Source: Squalus acanthias
Taxonomy: Eukaryota
NCBI GenBank assembly: GCA_030390025.1
Contig: CM059434.1
Coordinates: forward strand, 43,648,001 to 43,712,000
Length of the DNA: 64,000 nt
Reading direction: 5' to 3'
How positions within the stretch are numbered: the stretch's first letter is position 1; every line of letters begins with the position of its first letter. Below are positions 1 through 11,640 of this stretch, piece by piece. The notes below the pieces were generated by a model. The model worked only from the letters and a program-made list of their open reading frames with translations. It had not been told where the DNA came from and searched no databases. The position numbers were made by a program, and so were the translations under genes.

Positions 1-856
1 TTACAATACAAAAACATGAGAAATTGACCACAAGCGAGGTGTCCGAACGCCTCAGCTACAGGTCCAATACTGTTATATCATTGCGGGTGTGAGTTCAGCA
101 TCTACATGAGGTACAGCGACTTGTCAGCATTTAAAAATGTGGACCAACATACAATGATGTATAACAAAACAGTAAATACATAACTTATATTTCACTATGT
201 ATTCATGAACAAAAATAGAATTCTATTTCCTATGTTATATTTACAATTTAAAAAAAATCTAAAATGAGATGGTGGATTTTTTTTGTTGTAACTTTGTTTT
301 AAGCTCCAATTTAAGTAAATTTGTACTATTTCCTTTTTTGATTGTCTTGGTTGAATAACTCTGCAGTGATATTTTAGAGCCTGATTTCGGCTAATAAATA
401 TTACACAAACATTTATTTGATCTAGTCAACCTTCAAATACAATTTACAAAGAAATATTTATGACCATTTTTAAAAAATTGTGAGTTTGGTGATGTCTGTT
501 TAGTCAATCAGCTTGGAGAGCATGTGGTCATATAGAAAATAAAGAACTTTTGTAGGGTGTTGGTGGAGAGAAGGAAGATAAAGAAATGGGGGTAGGGAAG
601 GATGACAGAAGTGAGGGAGAAAGTGAGACTGGGGTGGAGCTAAAACAAAGTATTCATACATAACATTTTCTTCTTTTTGCATAAATAAAATTACTAGACA
701 TAAAATGACTCAAATCTGGCAACTGTGAGGCAGGCCCACACGAGTCGGAACAGGCGACTTTTTGTTCATGTAGTAACTCTTACAACAGTTTCACATTAGT
801 CAGAAGTGATAAAAAATATCATTTATATCCAGTGCTCATAACACTTTAAAACATCC

Positions 857-975
857 TGTGTGTGTATGTGTGTGAGTGAGCGTGTATGTAATGTGTGTGT
901 CCCTGTGTGTGTATATGTGTATCATATATATATATATATTAAATATATATATAAAAAGTACATACATACACACAC
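857..975. repeat. Compound (TG)n/(TA)n/(CA)n microsatellite in the 3' UTR
   Basis: Directly visible. Confidence 0.9.
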
Positions 976-1626
976 TACAAGCATAATCAAGTTTCAGTCC
1001 CAAAAAACAGTCCTTTGTTTTCCCACCAGCCTGCATTATATCATATTGGCATGGCAACAAAACAGCTAAAACAACTAAATGTTTGTGTGCAATGAAAAAT
1101 AAACTACGAAATGTATTCTCAAACTACAAGCCATACACTGTCTTAAGTAAAACTGAATTTAAAAAATAAAAACAGTTGAGGGGAGCTGATTATTATTAGT
1201 AAGAGGTTATAAGAACTTTAATAAATTATAATTATGCAAGAAATAGGGACCATCCCCTCACTCCTCCATCCCTCCCTCAAGTTGAAGCCAGATATAAAGT
1301 TCAAATCCTTTTTTTTTGAATGAAATAATTTTTATCAGTACCTTGAATAATTTGCAAAAGAAACAGAGTGTTCATCAGTTATTCTCATTGCAAGACATTC
1401 CAACTAGATCATCACAGTCTAAATCAAACTAGTCCAACATTAAATAATGGAGCTTCATTATTCAGTGGAGTTTTAAATAATAAGCAGAATTCTGCCTCAC
1501 TCCTCAGCAATAGTCTGTACTTTTTCCCCAATTTCAAAAAAAAATCCTCTCAAATGTAAATCCAAATCAACAGTACTTTTTAAATTTAATAATTGCTGTT
1601 TATATTTTGCAGCACACATTAAATAT

Positions 1627-3221
1627 TTAAGACGGGAAATTTGAGTACGCAGGGTGGGTTGATGGAGATGCACCATACTTTTGTTAATTTATCTGTGCTG
1701 TTTGTATCTTTGATAAACCTCACCTACTTCCTGCGCGTCAAATCTCATTTTAAGTTTAAGACCTTACAATGTATAGTTTTCACAGCAATGCAGTAGCTGA
1801 ATTAAGACATCGTGAAATTAAGTAGAAGGTTAAGTCATTAGTATTTAATTTCCTCCCTCCCCATCCCTATCCCGTTTGTGCTCATCAAGGTGAAAGCTGA
1901 CAGTGCAAAGGAATGGAGTTTTTTTATTTAAGTAAAGTCACTTAACACCATTGAATAGCAGATAGGACTCCCAGGGTCAGTTGGAACATAAGTCAAATGT
2001 AACATTGAGCCCTCTCTCTCTCTTATCTCTCCATTACCTCAACAATGTTCCTACGAGGCTGAAATAAGAATAGCCAGTCTAACTCTGGGGCGGGGGAGAG
2101 AGGAGAAGGGTGGTGTCTCTGAATGAGTTAGTGTCAATTACAAGAGGCAGATTCAAACTAATGGAGTTATTCCTGCTCAAGCTCTACTTACTAAGCTGGC
2201 TTGGTAAAAGGTTTCCCATCTGAACAGAACACCCAGAAACTTACAGTCATTGATTTTACCCCCAGATGTTTAATTTTTTTCCCCTAGTGTTTTCTTTTAA
2301 ATTCAATAATTCTAGATTATTGGCCCCATGGATCTCTGGAATGACTAAGATACTCTCAACGGAAACCAACGTAATGAGGTAAAGGGCTAGAAACCATGCT
2401 TCGGAGACAAGTGGGGCAGCTGCCAGTCGTGTGGCCTGCAGTGACAAATAACTGTTGAACACCCTATTATGGCACATCAAGTGGCTAAAAAAAAAAGTGA
2501 TTGGACACATGCACTCTGGCAAGCTCCTCCTCTGTCTCAAAAAGAAATCCTTTGTCCATATTCCTGAGTAACTTCACTGTTGTCTGGAAAGAACCATTTT
2601 GTAAGTGTAGTTATATATTTTTTTTTCCTCATTAAGATGACAGACGATTGTCTAAGACTTTTGCAGCGTCTCCCAAATAAGACTTTTCAGAGTGTTAAGA
2701 TTAAAATGTTATTAGAAGTTTGGCACTTTCTTAATTCAAACTGTACAATATGCAACTCAAAAAAAGAAAAGAATAAAACAAGAAAGGAAAGCCAGTCAGG
2801 GCTCAGCTCTTTGTTGTTCTGCTTTATGCTGTGCTTTATGTGCACATGTGCTGCCATTTTTATTTTGGTTTTTTCCCCCCTTTCTTTTTAAAACTACGAA
2901 ATTTAAGTTATTTTAAATAGTTCAGATTAAAAACACATTCACAAGTTGCTGGTTGGCACAGCATACCTGAGTGAGAATATAACCCCCCACCCCTTAAGAA
3001 ACAGTAACTAAAATATTTTAAAACAAGCTCAAAAAAGAAAGGAAAAAAAAACTTTTAAGACTGCCAGATAGCTGTGAATTTATATTAAGCAACAGCTTTC
3101 AAGTCCTGACGTTTGAATTTTTTTTGTTTTCAGGCTGTAGCCAGTAATGTAAAATGTCCATGATACTTTGTAAAAATAAAAAACAATCAGAATGCTTCAC
3201 ACATTAAGAAACATTTAAGAC
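1627..3221 (-). promoter_or_regulatory. Cluster of seven miR-499/miR-208 family seed matches (mRNA GTCTTA core)
   Basis: Plus-strand TAAGAC-containing sites at 1627-1634, 1756-1762, 1802-1808, 2653-2659, 2678-2684, 3055-3062 and 3215-3221. Confidence 0.75.
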
Positions 3222-3309
3222 CATTGCTGATGAATCTGTTGGAGCCACACATGCAGGCTCATCAATAACTTTTTTTTGTTCAAAATAACAGTCTGATTGC
3301 AGTTGCTCT

Positions 3310-3613
3310 TCAGTTGGCACTGATGGCCTCCTGATTCTCATTGTCACTGCTATAGTCTGATTTCTGATCATCCTCATAGTCCTCGTACATTTCCATCTCA
3401 TCTTCGCCATTCATCATTTCGTTCATGCTCAGGTTGCCGCTTTCTCCCTTCATGCTGTAAGTGCTCTGGATGACTGGGATGGTTGGTTCTGGACTGCCGG
3501 ACTCACTGGAACACTCGGATGTCAGTTGTGGTGATGCTGCTGTGGTTGCCATGGAGATAGCACCGGGATACACTACGCCTGCTGCTGTGGTGATCGGAAT
3601 CTGAGGCTGTTGC
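3310..3613 (-). CDS. SOX6: SOX6 terminal coding exon (304 bp including TGA): [24 protein letters not shown]...[15 protein letters not shown]
   Basis: Acceptor gtgcatAG|G and stop at 3310-3312; the acidic C-terminus [14 protein letters not shown]...SDYSS...SAN matches SOX6. The six exons total 1227 nt, or 409 codons with no internal stop. Confidence 0.95.
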
Positions 3614-3744
3614 CTATGCACAGATGAACACTGGTTTGTTAGCAGCTGAAATCAACATATACATTTTTTATGAAGGCTGGTAGGCTTAACATTCAGCCTG
3701 CAAATCAGACCAGCACTGTACTTTATGCATCGCTAGCTTCACAA

Positions 3745-4450
3745 GATCAGAAGATAATTACGGATGAGCAAGGCCATTCGGCCCAATCTTAGTTCTTGCA
3801 TCCAACACTCCCCCCATTTCAGCGTCCAATTGTTTCCTAAATTATTCCAGGGTTGTTACCTCCGCTACCCTGTCTGGAAGTCTATTCCATAAGTTGATCA
3901 CTCTGTGTGCGGCAGAATTTCCTGATATTAATCCTAAAATTACTAGTTTTATCCTGTGTCCTCTTGTTCTACTCTTGCAATTTAATTTAAAGTAAATTTC
4001 CAGGTTTACCTTTTTCATTCCCTTAACAATCTTATATACTTCTAGTAGATCATGTCTCAGAAACCTTCCTTCTAGGCTGAAAAGTCCAGGTCTTTCCAGT
4101 CTTTCTTCATAACCGAGACCCCTGATACCAGAACTGGACGCAGTATTCAAGGAGTGGTCTGACTGGACCATTGTATAGTTTGATCACAACCTCCTCTGAT
4201 TTGCATTCTACAGTTTTGGCTATGTAGTTCAACATCCATCAGAGCTTTGCTGATTGCTGCTCTGAATTGGTTAGACATATTGAGCCTCAAGTGTACTAAG
4301 ACTCCTACATCACTTTCAGCTTCATCCTTAGCTATTTCAACACCAGTCATAGAGTACATGGGTCACCTATTTTCGTTTCCTATGTGCAGTACTTTACACT
4401 TATTTGCATTAAATTTCATCTGCCATTGTTCTGCCCAATCATCTATTCTT
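3745..4450 (-). mobile_element. Degenerate CR1-clade LINE 3' fragment; continues at about 6102-6230 after a nested insertion
   Basis: Minus-strand translation GLGYEERLERPGLFSLEGR...LLEVYKIVKG...TRGHRIKL...VINLWNRLP is typical of the CR1 ORF2 C-terminus; CR1-type 3' hairpin/tail near 3750-3790. Confidence 0.85.
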
Positions 4451-6101
4451 TTCACTATGGACGTCCAATCCCTCTACACCACCATCCCCCACCAGGACGG
4501 CCTGAGGGCGCTCCGCTTCTACTTGAACAGAGGCCCAACCAGTCCCCATCCACCACCACCCTCCTGAACTTGTTCTCACATTGAACAACTTCTCCTTTGA
4601 CTCCACTCACTTCCTCCAAATTAAAGGTGTTGCTATGGGAACCTGCATGGGCCCTAGCTATGCCTGCCTTTTCATGGGATATGTGGGACATTCTTTGTTC
4701 CAGTCCTACTCAGGTCCCCTCCCTCACCTCTTTTTCCGGTACATCGATGACTGTATCGGTGCCGTTTCCTGCTCGCGCCCTGAACTAGAAAAGTTCATTC
4801 ACTTTACTTCCAATTTCCACCCTTCCCTCACCTTCACATGGTCCATCTCCGACTCTTCTCTTCCCTTCCTTGACTTCTCTGTCTCCATTTCTGGCGATAG
4901 ACTATCAACAAAAATCCACTACAAGCCCACTGACTCCCACAGCTACCTGGACTACACTTCCTCCCACCCCGCTTCCTGTAAGGACTCTATTGCATTCTCC
5001 CAGTTTCTCCGTCTCCGCCGCGTCTGTTCTGACGATGCCACCTTCCATACCAGTGCTTCTGACATATCTTCCTTTTTCCTCAACCAAGGATTCCCCTCTA
5101 CTGTGGTTGACATGGCCCTTGACCATGTCCATTCCATTTCCCGCATTTCTGCTCTCACTCCCTTCCCCTCCCTCCCAGAATCATGATAGGGTTCCCCTTG
5201 TCCTCACCTTTCACCCCACCAGCCTCCACATTCAACGGATCATCCTCCGCCATTTCCGCCACCTCCAACGTGATCCCACCACCGAACGCATCTTCCCCTC
5301 ACCTCCCCTTTCAGCATTCCGAAGGGACTGCTCCCTCCGCTGGTCCTGGTCCACTCCTCAATCACCCCTAACAGCCCTTCCCCTTCGCCCGGCACCTTCC
5401 CGTGCAAGCGCAGGAGATGTAACACCTGCCCTTTTACCTCCTCCCTTCCCACTGTCCAGGGCCCCAAACACCCCTTCCAGGTGAAACAGCGATTTACTTG
5501 TCCTTCTTGCAATTTAGTATAGTGTATTCGCTGCTCATGATGCAGTCTCCTCTACATTGGGGAGACCAAACGCAGATTGGGCGACCGCTTTGCGGAACAC
5601 CTCCGTTCAGTCCGTAAGGGTGACCCTGAGCTTCCGGTCGCCTATCACTTTAATTCTCCGCTTCGCTCCCACTCTGATCTCTCTGTCCTCGGCCTCTTAC
5701 ATTGTTCCAATGAAGCTCAACGTAAGCTCGAAGAACAACACCTCATCTTTTGATTAGGCACTATACAGCCTTCTGGACTCAACATTGAGTTCAACAATTT
5801 CAGACTATAACCCCTGCCCCCATTTTTCAGGCTGTATGATTTTGCCATCCCCATTTGCAACATTTTATCTTTCCTGCCTCCTACCTTAGCACAGAATGTT
5901 CCTTCAGTTTCTTCCTCCCCTCCCACCACCACCCCCCCAACCCACCTCTCCCTGCCTCTGCACCTGCCTAAAATCTGTTACATTTCCAGCTTTTTCCAGT
6001 TCTGATGAAGGGTCCCAGACCTGAAACGTTAACTCTGTTTCTCTCTCCACGGATGCTGCCTGGCCTGCTGAGTGTTTCCAGCATTTTCTGTTGTTATTTT
6101 T
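4451..6101 (+). mobile_element. 5'-truncated, decayed Penelope-like retroelement (Neptune-type): RT, Cys linker, GIY-YIG endonuclease and 3' pLTR with hammerhead motif
   Basis: RT motifs MDVQSLYT, GVAMGTCMGPSYACLFM and RYIDD; linker GTFPCKRRRCNTCP (about 5391-5432); GIY-YIG segment LV*CIRCS*CSLLYIGETKRRLGDRFAEH; frameshifts and stops present. Confidence 0.92.
5998..6034 (+). ncRNA. Minimal type I hammerhead ribozyme motif in the Penelope pLTR
   Basis: Stem I AGTT/AACT; CTGATGA at 6002-6008; stem II GGGTC-CCA-GACCT; GAAA at 6023-6026; palindromic stem III region AACGTT. Confidence 0.75.
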
Positions 6102-7115
6102 ATCTATTTTGTTCAACTCTTTCAGTAATTTCTGAGCTGCCACTCCAATTCCACTGCCACTCCTAGTTTGGTACCATCTCTAAATCCAACTGCTTTGCAT
6201 TGAGTTTCTGAATCCAGGTCACTGATGTAACAGTACTGGTCCCAACACCAACCCTGACACACCTCACTTACTTCCCCCGACTCTGACATAACTCATCTAA
6301 CCAGAACATGCCCACTCACAAAATTTATCCTGAATCCCCACAGCTTTGAATTTAACTAATTGTCTTTTGTGTGGAATTTTAGTGTAAATGGAGATTTTGA
6401 TTATTTTCAAAGTGACATGCATCATTCTGCCAAAATCTTTGGGAAAGGGCAAAGGGGTGGTTGCATGTAATTATATCTGCCATAATTGTCAGAATAACTT
6501 TATTCCCATTTCAGCTAATTAACTCACTGGGTTGTAGGATAAAAATAAAACACTAAATAAAAATCAGACTGCCCTCATTAAATCAAAGCTATTATCCAGT
6601 CTCCATTTGTTCAGCAGGATATGGGTTAAGCAACCTCCTAATACAAAGAACAAGGGAGCTAACTGGTGCAGTAGGGTTGTGAATTTGGGAGGGGCGGTTA
6701 GTAATGTTCCCTCTAATTTTTTTTTGTGTGCGGTCCCTTTAACTGGCTGTGCAGCCCATTCAAACTTTTGTGCATGCGCAGTTTCTTCCATCTAAAAGCC
6801 GGTGAATGGCCTGCGCGGGACATCCAGACCGCTGCACGGTTGGTCTTGCTTTTTTTGCAGCGGGGCTAGTGTCCTTTAATGTCTGGGGTCTAAGTACAGC
6901 CCAGGCTGATGTGATTTCAGTCTCACTCTCCCTGCTGGGTGCAAGGGTCCAATATGGAATGAGTTCCAACACCCTAAACACAGTTCCCAGAAGATACAGG
7001 TTCACAGCACTAAGTCTCATCCTAAACTGGCAATCTTATTCAGAAAAGCCATAAGTATGGATTGTGTAAAAAATAGAATAATGTCACACTGATTCAGTTG
7101 GAAGCATTTTGAGAT

Positions 7116-8449
7116 TGTAAGGTTTCCAAAATTTGCAGATCCCCAAAACCTAAGGAAAAAGGACTTTGGAACAACCTGAGTGATAAAAATGAATTTGGGC
7201 CTAACATAAGGAATTTAAGACCAAAAACCAAGTTTTGGCATTTTATAAACATGTCTGGGCCTGTAAAGGGAGAAAAAGGCTGTGAAGGAAGTTGGGATCG
7301 ACCTCTGCAAAAGCAGTTTGGGTATTGCAGTTAATTGCAATGTCTGGGTAACCGGAATGACCTCACTCAAAGCCCCAGCAAGCATTAACATTTTGACAAT
7401 AGACCCTAGGAAGAGACAGCCCCACCCAAAACAACAGGTCCCATCAAACCGATTACAGAACCCATTAAAGACATGCATAAAGCAAATATTCGATCGAAGT
7501 CCTAGACCCAGTCAAGAAACCCAAAACATGAGGACAATTCAAACTCCGATTAAACAACAGATTGACAGGATGGAGCTATCCGGAAACCACTTCACACATT
7601 TACAAAACCAGTTAACACGCTAGTAAAGTCATTACTGTTAACGAGGTCTTACAATGACCGGGATTTGATTTGGTTTTGATAAGGCCACTTCAATTTAGTA
7701 TAATTGAAGGCCCATCAAGCAGTTCAAAAAAAAACAACAGTTCAAGTTCAACAGAAGGCAGTTCTGCAGTTCAACTTGAAAGCCTGTTTTCAGCAGAAGT
7801 CAGTGCTGAAATTACAGAGTTCAGGAGAAGCAAGTTGGGCAGTTAAAGAAGACAGTTCAGTAAGAAGGGAGTTCTCCAGTAAAACAGTTCAAGTTCAACA
7901 AGCAGGCAGAAGGCAGTTTCCACAGTTCTGCAAGAAGGCAGTTCCACAGCTCGGAAGAGGACAGTTTAAACAGAAAGCAGTTCAACAAAGAAAGCCAACA
8001 GCTCCAGAAGTAGGCCGACACGCAAGAAGAGACCAGAGCGACCGCCTCAGTGACCATCGGACACCTCGCGGCAACAAGGGCCTTACGAAACCTTTTACTC
8101 AAAAGACTCTAAACCCTAACTCTCAACTGTCAAGGATTCGTTTGGTGAGCATAATCCCTGGTTCTCCAGAGTCCAACCTAGCTAGTGAAGTGGGATTGGG
8201 AGGGGTGAAGTATTCTTCTAATGTTATTTCCCTCGTGTGTACCGAAGTGTTCCCCACCTTTAGAGTGTTTGTGTTGTGTTTTACTTTCTTGAATAAAGAT
8301 CGAAAATTCTTTCATCAAAACCTGTTGTCTACTGCACCTTTGTTCACAACCCCCAAATAAGTCCAAGGTCTAGAACCAGGGGCGTGGGAGCGATTCGAAC
8401 CGCTCACTGAGTCAGAGGTGAAGCTGACCCTACCACACCACCCCCTACA
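7116..8449 (+). mobile_element. Solo LTR (1334 bp) of an ERV or Gypsy-type element
   Basis: Termini TGTAAGG...CCCTACA; 4-bp TSD AGAT (7112-7115 and 8450-8453); TATA-like sequence near 7700; AATAAA at 8292-8297; internal short CAGTTC repeats. Confidence 0.8.
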
Positions 8450-9368
8450 AGATTGGGGCTAAGGCTTATTGTAGAGAAAGAGCAGAAGAAGGTTTACTCT
8501 GTGCTAACCACAGTGTACCTGACCTGGTAGTGCCTGATGTTCATGGTGGAAAAATCATCTTTTTTCCCTCACTAACATCCCTCAGACAATGGGATGACTC
8601 TGTGAAAAAGTGGATGGGAACTGTGAAAATGGAAGTGATAAGAGATTAAAGGATTACTTATTTTGTCAGAGTTTCTCAGGCAGTAATGTACAAAGGAACT
8701 ATTAATGGACAGGTCCATTCACACTTCACTTCAGTGTGAAAAGGTCTATCTCAATTTGGCTATATTGACTTCAAATCACAAGTACTAAACTGATGCAATT
8801 TATAACCATCGTCTGAACCCAGTTTGGTAATTACTGGCTTGATATCATTCCTGTTTATCCATTTTATTAATGCGAGCAGATATCTCATGATGTTGCTCAC
8901 AGGCCACTGGAGTTATGGAACACAGTTACAAGGTTCAGCTGCTAACCTGACCTGTTCTTTTGAAACCATTGTTCACGAACACCCCTGGTGGAATCCAGGT
9001 AATTGCAGCTGCTTGTAATATGTAACTGATTGTAGTTGAGGTCAATTAGAGGCCAGTAAAATGTTTCTAAATTTCAGGCTCCATTTGAATGACCGGCTTT
9101 CTTTCCCTCTAAGATTGGTTTGCATCTGTAACAAAGTGTGACACTTTGTACGTCACATCTGGTGTGTGAAATCTGCAATGTGATGAGCCTGTGTTAGATG
9201 CAACTTTTATTTATTTTATCTGTATCTCTATATGCTATATTAAAAGTCTTGTGAAAATCGTGTACTTCCTCTAAGTGTCACACTTATTCCTGCAACACTT
9301 TCCCTGTCACACTTTTCCCATTACATTCTTCCAATTGACCATGGCCATGCCATGATGGATTTGCTAGT

Positions 9369-9432
9369 CTGTGTGTGTGTATGTATGTATGTTTATATAT
9401 ATATATATATGTATGTATGTATATGTGTATAG
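9369..9432. repeat. Compound (TG)/(TATG)/(TA) microsatellite
   Basis: Directly visible. Confidence 0.85.
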
Positions 9433-10903
9433 CTATAGGCCTACTGTAAAGTTGGTAGATACATTGTTCTTGCTTCATTTGTTATGTCAGCAACAGCTGC
9501 AAATATAGACAGCCAGGGCAGTCCATGAAGTTGATGGGTGCTGATACCACACTAAAAGACAGTCACATCCTGCACACTCCCACCCATTTTCTCCAATCAT
9601 CTCTTGCACCGTACCTCCCTAACAGACAACTTTTCCCACCAATGCTTGATCTCTAACTGTCAACTAGGAAGCACAATATAGGGACATAGGTTGAAAAATG
9701 CATTTAAAAAACTGCTGGCCCCAAAATTCCTAGGTTGGGAGAGGGCTAAGTCCCATTTCCACCCAAGGGGCCCAGAATATGGGATGGAATCCTTGCTAGG
9801 ATTCTGTCCCTTTTAAACTGAATCTACAAATTCTGGTTGAGGTGACAGTAGATAGATCTTCTACTCATCCCCCTATTCAAGGGAGCCTGTCAGTGGGAGT
9901 TCACGGGCTTCACTGGTAATTCCTCTCTTTATACTCTTGAAAGCCTTCAGAGGAACTCTTAACATTTGAAGACTTGGCACGAGCCCCTTTGAGGCCATCT
10001 GAAAGCCTCTAACCTTTACTACAGTAAGAGGCATCAATCCAGGAGGTAAACTAATGCCAGAGTGGCTTCAGCAGACGCTGAAGACTTTTAAAGAAAAATA
10101 TGTTTTCCTCGGCCCATTTGGTCCTTGGGGGAATCTCATGTAGAGGGACAAGGCACCATTCTGCTTTAGAATTGGCTTGGGCCAGGGCAGATGTCACTTC
10201 TGCATCCTTGCAGGCACCTGCTCTGGAACAGATATGCAAATCATCCCACCCTAATTTCGGACAGGGTCTCTGGCATGGAACTAGGTTGGATGGTGTTCTA
10301 CTCCATCACATTTACTCCAGCAGAGAGGGTCCCCAGGAATTTCCAGGCCATTGTTTCTGTTGAACAGTCACTTCCATAGTGGTGAATCAATGGCTGAAGC
10401 ATAGTATGAACATATGCAAGTACACCTTTAGGATCTTTAGAGTGGAACTGCAAATATATAAACATTTGAGTACGGTATAGACTTTATAATGTGCAGACTT
10501 TCACTGCTCATTGAGAAGTTGTGTATTTGCAGGTTCCATGAATTTATTTGCATCATATCATAACATAGAAAATTGTTGAAGAGAAACATCAAAGAGAGGT
10601 TTTCGGCAACTGGTTGCAGAATTATTTGAAAAAACAGGAAATAAAAATGTAAGAAAAAAGTATATGGAGGAATATTAATTGCCAGTGGGTTTCCAGTGGG
10701 ATCCTGCTGGTTTGTTAGATTTTAAGCACCAGGGCTCATTAACATGCTACTGGCCAAATTCCCGCCTGAAATGTGTGGGAAGCGGCTGCCGTTCTGCAGA
10801 GATCAAGGTGGTGTATGGTGTGTATAACCTGTTGGTTGTTTCTCTTGAACAACAGCCCTTTGCAAAACAGCCTTTCAGAATCATAAGATAGAAAATGTTT
10901 CTA

Positions 10904-11640
<737 letters not shown>

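Larger units (their letters stand above)
1..3309 (-). other. SOX6: Probable long SOX6 3' UTR (may extend past position 1)
   Basis: Lies directly after the stop codon, is AT/U-rich, has no recognisable transposon fragments and is rich in miRNA seed matches. One minus-strand AATAAA at 412-417 is a possible poly(A) signal. Confidence 0.75.

Noticed and set aside
4581-5810. Active Penelope ORF
   Set aside because: N-terminus missing, several frameshifts, and stop codons within the GIY-YIG motif region.
7704-8360. 218-aa ORF as a novel gene
   Set aside because: Starts at TTG, lies inside the solo LTR, and is low-complexity Q/K/V sequence produced by CAGTTC repeats; no recognisable domain.
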